Source of the DNA: Thermodesulfobacteriota bacterium
Lineage (GTDB): Bacteria > Desulfobacterota > Desulfobacteria > Desulfobacterales > C00003060
Assembly: GCA_034189385.1 (NCBI GenBank)
Contig: JAXHVD010000001.1
Span: 32,001-96,000 of the forward strand
DNA length: 64,000 bases
Reading direction: 5' to 3'
Made by a program: the position numbers and the translations under genes. Under the pieces are notes generated by a model. That model was not told the DNA's origin. It saw only the letters and a program-made list of their open reading frames with translations, and ran no database searches. Positions 1 to 8,554 of the stretch are shown here, in pieces; position 1 is the stretch's first letter, and every line of letters starts with the position of its first letter.

Positions 1-905
1 TGGCAGGGATCCTGGACTGTAAACTTGATCTTAAGGTCTTTGTTCCAGTCCGAGTTGACCTTGAGCTTGCCTTCCCGGATCCATTTGGCGTAAAGCCTGA
101 TGATGCTCTCGATTTTAAAGTTATGAGCAATGTTGAATTTTTGCAGTCCCGTCCGGACCGCATACATTTCGTGTCCTCATTCTGTATTGAGCCAGTATTG
201 ACACTCCAAATCATCCACTGTTTTTGCCTTCAGACGAACCGTCTTTTCCCATGCCTCGCTGTCGGCCAGAAACATGCAATAGTTCTCCGCAGCCCAACCT
301 GCGGTGGCATAAGTCCAGTCCGCACCGACAAGGTGGAGGATCTTCCACAGGGGAATCAGCTCGTCGGGCTCGGTGACGGGCTCCCTAGAGTTCTGGTTCA
401 ACAAGTACATGGCCCCTTTTTTGTTGATGGGGACCTCGAGATTCTCCCAGCCCGGCTGGGTGTCCTTCACCTCCTCCAGCACGTCTTCCACGACAAACTG
501 AAAGTCCTCTGGACTGCATCCCATGGCGCTACAGCTGTCGTTCCTGAGCGCCATGTCGCATGAACCGACGATGCCCTTGGGCCGCTCTTCCCGGGGCCAC
601 GAGGCACGGGCATTGTAAACCAAAGCGGGAATGTCGATCTTCATGGGGCAGGCATAGACGCAGCGCTGGCACTGGGTACACATCCATACCCAAGGCGATT
701 TTGTCGCCTCTTCGTCCAGACCGAGAAGGATCATTCTCAGAAACTTCCTGGGATCCATGTCGGCAAGCCCTGTCGCAGGACATCCCGCAGCGCAGGTCCC
801 ACAGGTGAAGCAGAGGTCAAAATGACCACCTCCTGGTACGAGACCCTTCACTTTGTCGCAAAACTCTCCCTTGACGCTTTGAACGTCTATTGGGTTTTCT
901 GCCAT
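1..905 (-). CDS. Heterodisulfide-reductase-like (HdrC/HdrD, GlpC-type) Fe-S oxidoreductase, probable selenoprotein; 3' end lies outside the window
   Basis: Two 4Fe-4S motifs (CFTCGTCAAGCP, CTQCQRCVYACP). In-frame TGA at 177-179 in the context NTE*GH, matching the ECGH motif of CCG domains. The frame stays open for 58 more codons to ...TVQDPC at the window edge. Confidence 0.88.
142..162 (-). promoter_or_regulatory. Putative bacterial SECIS hairpin
   Basis: mRNA UGCGGUCC-GGACG-GGACUGCA forms an 8-bp stem with a G-initiated loop, beginning 14 nt after the UGA. Confidence 0.7.
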
Positions 906-1448
906 TGCAATTCGCCTCCCTTCATGTATTCCACGAAAATGCCAAGGTCATTTCCTACACTTTCCCAGGGCCAAAGACCGTTTATGCCCATCGGCATGGT
1001 GGGAAATTGCCTCAAAAATGTCAATCTTTTTTTAACCCCCCTCCAACTTTTGTCACGTTGCCCTCTTTACAAAAATGGAATCCATTCATTGTTGCATTCG
1101 ATTCAGTGCCCTAGGATCGCCAGACAAAAAGAAGTTTTTGTCTAAATAAACGACATGTTGCATTGGCTGAACTGCGAGACTCACTCCCTTCTAATCTCCT
1201 GATATTCTACTATTGGAGAGATGTGATGTGGCACCGAGGCATCGCCGTGCATACCACAATCGCCTCCACTGCGTGCTTTGGGGAAGGTTGCTTTCCTGCC
1301 TATATATTGGTTTTTCAGCAAGTTAAGGTTTGAGATACAGGTTACATTTCGCCAAAATTGCAGAGGGAGAAGATGACAGGCCTTAGGCGGTTGACCATAA
1401 GGTGTGTGGTCCCTGCACTTGCTTCGGAGGCCGGTTGGCGCGAGTCAC

Positions 1449-1662
1449 CTACAGATGAGGCTGCCGTACGATCATGCCCGACAACTGGAAAGGGAGGGCA
1501 GGGATGTGTATGGATCGTGTTCTATTTTTATCTATGAGTCTTTGCAGAACGCTGGGCAGGTCCGGGCTGGATTCCATCAGGTAGGGAAATTCATCAAGGG
1601 CCAGAACGGCCCCGGGCGAGGCGCGACTTCTCGTTCTCACGATCGAGGAAATGGAGGCCCAT
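1449..1662 (-). pseudogene. Remnant of an archaeal-type (AAA/STAND-like) ATPase gene
   Basis: N-terminus MGLHFLDRENEKSRLAR (ATG at 1662) is joined out of frame to a Walker-B-like segment AVLALDEFPYLMESSPDLPSVLQRLID. Walker A and the C-terminus are missing. Confidence 0.65.
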
Positions 1663-1694
1663 CCTTTCGGTCCGAGTATAATGTAATTGAAACA

Positions 1695-1713
1695 TTATGC
1701 TCCCAGAGCATAA
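1695..1713. promoter_or_regulatory. Palindrome TTATGCTC-CCA-GAGCATAA upstream of the ATPase remnant
   Basis: Perfect 8-bp inverted repeat about 30 nt upstream of the remnant's ATG. Confidence 0.4.
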
Positions 1714-2186
1714 AGATGGATTTTTCAATCGAAAATGGAGCTGCTCTTTGGGAGGGACGATAAGAGACAGGGCCAGATCCGGGTCGTCAACTATCAGACT
1801 TCGCGGCGCGTCACGAACCTTTCCAAATCGTTGTCAAAGGGCCCCCCAAGTCGTAAGCACATAACCTGTCGATGTTCTAAAGAAAGTGTGCAGAAAGGAG
1901 GGTTCAAAATTAAATTCACTTATATATAATTAATTATCATATACATTAAAAATGAACTGAAGAGCATATCTATTATTTATAAAAGTAATGTAGGTATATG
2001 ACAGAACGGACGGGGCATAGGGCACAAGGGGCAGGGCGCAAGGCGGAGGGATGACGGACGACAGCTGACCTGGGAAGGGGGCGGTGGGGAAAAATGAGAA
2101 CTGAGGTGTGACAAGTAACGGGTGATCCGTACAAATCGACGGAAAAGGGAAAGGGGAGTGACAGGTTCTGGACAATTGACTATGTC

Positions 2187-2215
2187 GTCGTCATTTTTAG
2201 TTGAAAAATGACGAC
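2187..2215. promoter_or_regulatory. Palindrome GTCGTCATTTTT-AGTTG-AAAAATGACGAC, putative operator
   Basis: Perfect 12-bp inverted repeat between a TTGACT -35-like hexamer (2176-2181) and the ATG at 2230. Confidence 0.5.
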
Positions 2216-2229
2216 ATGGTGGTCAAGAT

Positions 2230-2391
2230 ATGTTCCCGAGAAATCTTAAAGTCCCGAAACAGAGCTTCTTTCTCATGGGACCCCATGGGTCCGGAGGAGT
2301 CTACAGGATGTCCATTTGTAAATTAGTTGAGGCATACTATGTTGATGATATGAGTTGTCTAGAGACCTCTGGCGTGCTGGTGAAAGATTGA
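2230..2391 (+). pseudogene. 5' remnant of an AAA_14/DUF4143-type ATPase
   Basis: MFPRNLKVPKQSFFLMGPHGSG resembles the family N-terminus (SFFLxGPRxxGKS). Resemblance stops inside the Walker A after about 22 codons. Confidence 0.5.
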
Positions 2392-2412
2392 AAGGTCTCT
2401 ATCGGAGGGAGC

Positions 2413-2775
2413 ATGTCAAAGACAAGTTTTCTGAAAAGGGCACGTGATATGCGCCAGGCGCCTCTTGCAAGGTGTCATGACGGTGAAGGGGAGTTGCAGT
2501 GGACGGAGGTCCTGGATTGTTCTTCCGACACCACCCGAAGGCTCAACTTTTTTCACGATGATGTCCTGAAACCGGGCGTATCCGTGGGCGTTCATCACCA
2601 CCAAAATGATGAAGAGTATTACTACATCATTTCCGGCAAGGGAATCATGACCCTTGACGGCGAGGAATTCGAGGTGGGGCCTGGAGACATTGCAGCCGTG
2701 TATCCAGGGGGCTCACACGGGTTGAGAAATCATGCTGACGATGATCTTCGAATTCTTGTGGTGAGCGTATCGTGA
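2413..2775 (+). CDS. Cupin domain protein
   Basis: HHHQNDEEYYYIISGKG...GDI...GGSHGLRN cupin motifs; GGAGG RBS. Confidence 0.9.
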   Translation: MSKTSFLKRARDMRQAPLARCHDGEGELQWTEVLDCSSDTTRRLNFFHDDVLKPGVSVGVHHHQNDEEYYYIISGKGIMTLDGEEFEVGPGDIAAVYPGGSHGLRNHADDDLRILVVSVS

Positions 2776-2853
2776 CCCGCTCGTGGGGGCCAAAGAGGAA
2801 GAGATGGGATGAAACGTTCATATTCTAGAAGGGGTTCCATGGAAGAGAAATGC

Positions 2854-3753
2854 ATGATCGATCCTGGGTTGGAGGGTAAGGTCGCGCTGGTCACAGGGGG
2901 AAATAACCCTTTTGGCATTGGGGCGGCTATTGCACGGGCCTTGGCGGGCCATGGGGTCCGTGTGTTTGTCCATTACTATCGTCAGCAAACGGACGTTCCG
3001 GTGGAAGATACAGATGTTGGCGATAGAGAGACTCCGGGGCTTACCTTCTTTTTCAAACAACAAGAAAAAACGGCTGATGAAGTGGTTGCCTCTATTCGAG
3101 AGGCCGGCGAAGAAGCAGCGTCCTGGGAAGGGGATCTTGGGAAGGCGGAGAACGTTGATCGGCTCTTTGAAGCAGCGGAGAAGGCCTTTGGCAAGATAGA
3201 CATCCTGGTCAACAACGCAGCCGCATACATGGCAGATACCTTTCTTCCGGCCCATGCCTTGGGAAAAGGCGGCGCGGTGTGGGAGGGCGGGCCCACCATA
3301 TCGACCATCGACGTGGAAAGCCATGATCGGCATTTTGCGGTAAACTCACGGGCCGTGGCCATGCTTACGGCAAGGTTTGCCCAAAGCATGATTGAAAGAG
3401 GGGCCCATTGGGGCAGAATCATCAACATCAGTGCCGATTGCGCCTGGGGATGCCCCAAAGAGATCTCTTATCGAGCCAGCAAGTATGCCTTGGAGTCTTA
3501 CAGTCGCAGTGCTGCGGCCGAACTGGGGCCCTGCGGCATCACAGTGAACGTGGTCTCGCCCGGGCCGGTGCAGTCCGGCTATATCAGTCCTGAAATGGAA
3601 AAGGCCCTGGTCCCGGATATTCCCGTCCGGAGGGTGGGGCGGCCGGAAGATATTGCCAATGCTGTCGTCTTTTTCGCCTCAAAGCAGGCAGCCTGGATTA
3701 CGGGCCAGGTGCTCTTTGTTCATGGCGGGCACAGGATGGCCTTTGGCCAATAG
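2854..3753 (+). CDS. SDR-family NAD(P)-dependent oxidoreductase (FabG-like)
   Basis: VALVTGGNNPFGIG, DILVNNAA, catalytic YRASK, VNVVSPG. Start chosen at MIDPGLEGK; 2809 and 2839 are alternatives. Confidence 0.9.
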   Translation: MIDPGLEGKVALVTGGNNPFGIGAAIARALAGHGVRVFVHYYRQQTDVPVEDTDVGDRETPGLTFFFKQQEKTADEVVASIREAGEEAASWEGDLGKAENVDRLFEAAEKAFGKIDILVNNAAAYMADTFLPAHALGKGGAVWEGGPTISTIDVESHDRHFAVNSRAVAMLTARFAQSMIERGAHWGRIINISADCAWGCPKEISYRASKYALESYSRSAAAELGPCGITVNVVSPGPVQSGYISPEMEKALVPDIPVRRVGRPEDIANAVVFFASKQAAWITGQVLFVHGGHRMAFGQ

Positions 3754-4067
3754 GGCAACCTTATACATGGTTATCGGCCAACAGGGCCAGATTTCCTTTG
3801 TCGAGTGGAAGTCTATTTTGATGGCGCGCTGCCCGGAAAATTCTCCCTGACCGGCTCAGACAATTAGATTCTCAAGTTTGCGCCGCACGGCTTGAAAAGA
3901 GGCTCACCCTTATCAAAAACCGTTTGAAATATCGGTCAGAGGCGTACTGAGGCCTCTAGAAAACAGCAGGGGCCAGGTTTGGGCTTCGAGACGGCCTATG
4001 GTTGGGGTTCCCCTATGGGATTGTCCGGCCCCTCGTCGCTGGCTGACGGAAGAAGCCGGACGTCCCT

Positions 4068-4478
4068 TTACTTTTCGTCGACCGGGTATTTTCCTCTAAA
4101 CCACTCGTGCCAGCCGCCCTTTAGTGCGGAAACCTTGGTAAAACCCATTTCAATGAGTTGCTGTGCTACCCGAGCACTGGTGTGTTCAGCGGGTCAGGCG
4201 CAATAAAGGACCAGGGCCTTGTCCTTGGCGTACTTATTTGCCCAGGACGCCACCTGGGAAGGGTCTTCCCTCACGGCCGTGTGGATGATGTATTCGCTCG
4301 ATTTCCAGTCCCTGCCGGACCTCACATCCACAACAGTCACCTGACCCTTTTCTATCAAGGCCTTGAGTTCGTCCTTGGTCATTCTCGCTACGTCTGCCGA
4401 CAGGGCCGACGTGAAGAGGGCAAAGACCAAGACCATGGAAAGGGCCATCCCTACAAACGTTGGTGCCTTCCCTTTCAT
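4068..4478 (-). CDS. Exported rhodanese-like selenoprotein (136 aa with Sec)
   Basis: Signal peptide, VVDVR motif and active-site loop LYCA*P with TGA at 4194-4196. Readthrough gives PAEHTSARVAQQLIEMGFTKVSALKGGWHEWFRGKYPVDEK, the canonical rhodanese C-terminus, ending at TAA 4068-4070. Confidence 0.9.
4163..4177 (-). promoter_or_regulatory. Putative bacterial SECIS hairpin
   Basis: mRNA GUGCU-CGGGU-AGCAC starts 16 nt after the UGA. Confidence 0.6.
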
Positions 4479-4517
4479 TGTTGTACCTCCTTTTTTCTGG
4501 GGGTTGCCAAGCGTTTT

Positions 4518-5804
4518 TTAGGACTGGGTCAGCCATCCCTTCTTGCTGCTAAAAAAGATCCAGAATGCCGCAAGAAAAAGGCCCATAGCAAGAAGGACAA
4601 TGACAGGCCCGAGAAGGCTCCAGTCCTTTTCCAGTAAGATCATGGCTATTGCCGCAGACACCATGGCCGCCAACCCTGAAATGGACAAAACCCAATCTCC
4701 GGCCTCTTTCTGAATACCGGCCCCTGGCCCAAGCCTGGCCATGGTGGCCAAAAGGGCGCCTTGGATGACGGCATAATGGAGCAGCCAGAACCAGGTGCCT
4801 GCCTTCATATAAGTTTCAAGAATCGGTTCTCCTGCCATACCGAGTCCCATCATGGCCGCTACAGCCGCCGCCAGCATAAAAAAGGCGATCGTGGCATGGC
4901 CCCTTCCCTTTGCCAGGAAAGGGGGCAAGAGCCCGTCAGCCGCCATGGCCGTCATCATTCTGGATACGGCCATGAGCAGGGCGTTCACCGCAGCAGAGGC
5001 GCCTGATAGAATGATGAGGCCCATCCAGATTCTGCCCCACTGGCCGAGCATTGTCCTGGCAACCTTGACATAAGGGATGCTCGTATGGGCCAGTTTGCCT
5101 GCCGGGACAAATCTCAAAGACACCGATCCCCAGCAGCAGAAAACGAGCCCTGCCAAGAGGATAGCCGCCATCATGGCCCTGGCGGAATGGTGTTCAGTCT
5201 TTCCGGAAAACCCGGCCAGGTCAAAGCCTACGAAAAGGAGGAGGCAGGCAAGTCCTGCCTCTGGCATGTGGGCCAAAGGGGTTGGCGCCTGAGGTATGGC
5301 CGGAGGGGGATTTCCCCACTCCAAGAAACCCACAAGAGATAGTAAGAGGAGCCCTCCCGCAGCCAATCCCACAAAGAAAAGCTGTCCTATGGCCGCCGCG
5401 TTTTTTCCCAGGAGATTAAGAAGAAGGAGGAAACCGAGGAGGCAAAAGGAGAACCCCAGGTTTGGGAACCAATAGAGAAAGACCTCGTTAAATACATAGC
5501 CTGCCGTGGCCAGCAGGGCTGTGGAGGCGCAGACTGCCATGGTCACCCTGGCGCACACCGCAGAGACGACTGCAGCAATGGCACCAAAGGCCTTTCTGAT
5601 AAAGCGGGCCTCTCCTGAGGGGCCGGGATAAAGGGTGAATGCTCTTTCGTACGTGCGGCTTACGAGAAGGTGAGCCAGCCCTGCCAGCAAGACAAACCCC
5701 ACAAACCCATGGCCTGCCCGTCCCGTGGCGTTTCCCGCCACTGTCAGGGCCTCGGGAGAGAGCAGCAGGCCCATGGCCACACTTATACTGAAGAGTCGTG
5801 TCAC
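4518..5804 (-). CDS. APC-superfamily amino acid/polyamine permease
   Basis: About 11-12 hydrophobic segments; FVGFD and AVSRMMTAMAADGLLP motifs. Confidence 0.8.
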   Translation of the reverse strand: MTRLFSISVAMGLLLSPEALTVAGNATGRAGHGFVGFVLLAGLAHLLVSRTYERAFTLYPGPSGEARFIRKAFGAIAAVVSAVCARVTMAVCASTALLATAGYVFNEVFLYWFPNLGFSFCLLGFLLLLNLLGKNAAAIGQLFFVGLAAGGLLLLSLVGFLEWGNPPPAIPQAPTPLAHMPEAGLACLLLFVGFDLAGFSGKTEHHSARAMMAAILLAGLVFCCWGSVSLRFVPAGKLAHTSIPYVKVARTMLGQWGRIWMGLIILSGASAAVNALLMAVSRMMTAMAADGLLPPFLAKGRGHATIAFFMLAAAVAAMMGLGMAGEPILETYMKAGTWFWLLHYAVIQGALLATMARLGPGAGIQKEAGDWVLSISGLAAMVSAAIAMILLEKDWSLLGPVIVLLAMGLFLAAFWIFFSSKKGWLTQS

Positions 5805-6238
5805 CTAGATGGCCTCCCTTGAGATCTGGGCAGAGGTCCTTTTCAAAGCAATGTACCACGGGCTTCAGGGAATGGAAAGAGGGTAAAGGGGTTCTTATCG
5901 ACTCAAAAGGGGGCCTGCGTTGCAGACTCGCTGGCCCTGGGCTTGGTCTTGCGGGCATACCGCACGCTGCCATGCCGAGACCCTGGCCCAAATGGCTTCT
6001 CCCCCAACAGTGAAGCCGAGCGCGATCGATTCCGGGCCTAAAGGCCCGGTGCTTGGTTTAGGCTTTATGGTGAGCGACCTTTGATCAGGCCTTTCAGGGC
6101 TGTGATCATCCTAGCCCCTGGAGTCTTATCCAATTTTTCTTGTGATTCCGCTTTATATCGGTGTAAAGGTGGAGACAGAATCGGACAAAGGGGTGAAGTC
6201 GGGACCGTACAATCACAGACTTCCGAAAAACACGGGAA

Positions 6239-6439
6239 ATGACGTGCAAATGGCTTACCATGTGTCCCTTACGCAGGTTGGAACAGCAAGGCGTGATCGG
6301 TCTCACTTGGCGTCGCAGGTACTGCGAGAGTGATACGGACTGGAAAAGATGTGAAAGGTACAAAATGGAAGAGCAAGGCATTCCTCATGCCGACGACATG
6401 ATGCCTGACGGCAGCTTTGTTGACCCCAATGTTGCATAA
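6239..6439 (+). CDS. Small Cys-rich protein (CKWxxxCP...YC...C.RY...PH.D.M.PDG)
   Basis: 66-aa ORF with four spaced Cys and a PHxDxMxPDG tail, a pattern I recall from a small family of unknown function. Confidence 0.6.
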   Translation: MTCKWLTMCPLRRLEQQGVIGLTWRRRYCESDTDWKRCERYKMEEQGIPHADDMMPDGSFVDPNVA

Positions 6440-6649
6440 GAAATATGGCAAGGAATCTTCAAAAACAGCAATGGCCTGCGTATGCGGTTGTTACGAGCGG
6501 CACCGAGGAATCAACTATTGGTGATGTCCAGGAAGCAGGTAAAAGACAGCCATATTTCTTATGCAACTTGGGGTTTATCTGGCGTCGGAAGAGGTCTGAG
6601 GACAAAAGGGTTGGGCCGGCCCGGAAGCTTCGAACAACAAGGAGTCAAC

Positions 6650-7768
6650 ATGGACAGGCAAGTCATTCATAAATCCTTTGTGTTTGCACTGGTGTTGTTT
6701 ATTTCCGTGGTCTTTTTGTCCATGATCCGCCCCTTTCTCATGGGGCTTTTGCTGGCCGGCATCTTTTCCGCCCTGGGCCATCCGCTTTACAGGCGGCTCT
6801 GTGGCTGGCTGGGCGGCCGCCAGGCACTGGCCTCGGGCCTTACCCTACTCATCGCGGTCCTGGTGGTCCTATTGCCCCTCACCGGTCTTTTGGGTGTTGT
6901 CACAGCTCAGGCCGTGAAGGTGGGGCAATCGATCACGCCGTGGATTCAAAAGCAGTTGGCCACGCCTACGAGCTTCTCCGAATGGCTGGGCCACCTTCCC
7001 TTTTATGAGCATGTGGTGCCCTACCAGGAGACCATTCTTCAAAAGGCCGGAGAGCTGGTCGGCACCTTGAGCAAGTTTCTCATCAACGGCCTTCAGGCCG
7101 CCACCATGGGCACGGTAAACTTTGTCTTCATGCTCTTTCTCCTGCTCTATGCCATGTTCTTTTTTCTGGTAGACGGTGAAAAGCTGCTGGAAAAGATCTT
7201 ATATTATATGCCCCTGGAAGACGCTGACGAACGGCGACTCCTAGACAGGTTCACTTCCGTGACACGGGCCACCCTCAAGGGCACGGCCGTCATCGGCGTG
7301 GTCCAGGGAGGTTTGGCCGGCGCGGCCTTTGCCGTGGTGGGGATTCCAAGCGCTGTTTTCTGGGGAACGGTGATGACCGTGCTTTCCATCATCCCCGGCA
7401 TCGGCACGGCACTGGTGTGGGGACCGGCGGCCATCATACTGGCGGCACAGGGGCATTGGGGAAAAGCGGCAGGCATTGCCCTCTTTTGCGGTGTGCTGGT
7501 GGGCAGCGTGGACAACTTCCTCCGGCCCAGGCTGGTGGGCAAAGACACGGAGATGCACGATTTGATGATCCTCTTTTCCACCCTGGGCGGCATTGCCATG
7601 TTCGGAATCATCGGATTCATCATCGGCCCCATTGTGGCCGCCCTCTTTGTCACCGTCTGGGAGATATACGGCGTTGTCTTTAAAGACGCCCTGCCAGAGG
7701 TGGCACCTCTGCTCGCCCACAGGGGACCTGATCACGGGTCCGAGGAAGGGGAAGAAGAAAGCGATTAA
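6650..7768 (+). CDS. AI-2E family transporter
   Basis: Multi-TM protein with SIIPGIGTALVWGP, DNFLRPRLVG and FGIIGFIIGP motifs; AGGAG RBS before ATG 6650. Confidence 0.92.
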   Translation: MDRQVIHKSFVFALVLFISVVFLSMIRPFLMGLLLAGIFSALGHPLYRRLCGWLGGRQALASGLTLLIAVLVVLLPLTGLLGVVTAQAVKVGQSITPWIQKQLATPTSFSEWLGHLPFYEHVVPYQETILQKAGELVGTLSKFLINGLQAATMGTVNFVFMLFLLLYAMFFFLVDGEKLLEKILYYMPLEDADERRLLDRFTSVTRATLKGTAVIGVVQGGLAGAAFAVVGIPSAVFWGTVMTVLSIIPGIGTALVWGPAAIILAAQGHWGKAAGIALFCGVLVGSVDNFLRPRLVGKDTEMHDLMILFSTLGGIAMFGIIGFIIGPIVAALFVTVWEIYGVVFKDALPEVAPLLAHRGPDHGSEEGEEESD

Positions 7769-7869
7769 ATCCTCGCCCCTTTGGCTGGAGGAAAGGGGGC
7801 CAGGGGCCGAGGTGTGTACATGACAAGCGACAAGCAGGAATATTTCGGGAAAAAGGAGAGCTGCTACCC

Positions 7870-8328
7870 ATGAATGAGAGCATCATCTGTTTTACACTGG
7901 GATTAACCCAAAGGGAGATAGAAGCAGGTGAGACGGCCTTTAGGGCCATGGATCCAGGTGCCAAGAGACTGGAAGTCACCACCGTGACAGAAGATCTCTT
8001 GACGGCAACAGTGGGTGACACAGTGGATAGAAAGGCCGAAGCATTGAGCAGTGGGCAGACTGATCCTGCGTTGGGATTCAAAGGGGCAGCAGCCACCTTG
8101 GGCCATTTGCGAGCAGTGGTCATGGAGGCGGAAGACAGAGAGCAGGTGGTCCAGGTCATGAGAAGCTTCAAGAGTGTGTCTCCCAATCCGCAGGATCTCA
8201 TTTTTGCCATGATTACGGAAACGGCCCGGACCTGGACCTTTCAGGACTATTTTCAACACCTCGCCAAAGAGCATGAATATATGAAGACCCATTCTCCGGC
8301 ACATGATCCTGATATGAAACGGATGTAG
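7870..8328 (+). CDS. Hypothetical protein (DUF3783-like C-terminus)
   Basis: IFAMITETARTWTF...LAKEHEYM pattern; AGGAG RBS. Confidence 0.65.
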   Translation: MNESIICFTLGLTQREIEAGETAFRAMDPGAKRLEVTTVTEDLLTATVGDTVDRKAEALSSGQTDPALGFKGAAATLGHLRAVVMEAEDREQVVQVMRSFKSVSPNPQDLIFAMITETARTWTFQDYFQHLAKEHEYMKTHSPAHDPDMKRM

Positions 8329-8554
8329 AGGGTCTCCTGGGGTTAAATGCAGGTCTGACTTTTGTTCACCTTTGGCAGGGATAGCCCAGAATCATAGAAA
8401 GGGCGGGCTGTTCCCGTGAGTAGGACTCGCATGATGACGACCATAACGATCAGGGAGATAAAAGGTTTACAGAGGCCCGTAGCGCCCGGAAAGCCAAAGC
8501 AGTGAGGGCAGGAACGTTGATGATGGGGTGGAGAAGAAAGGAGGGGCTCGATCC

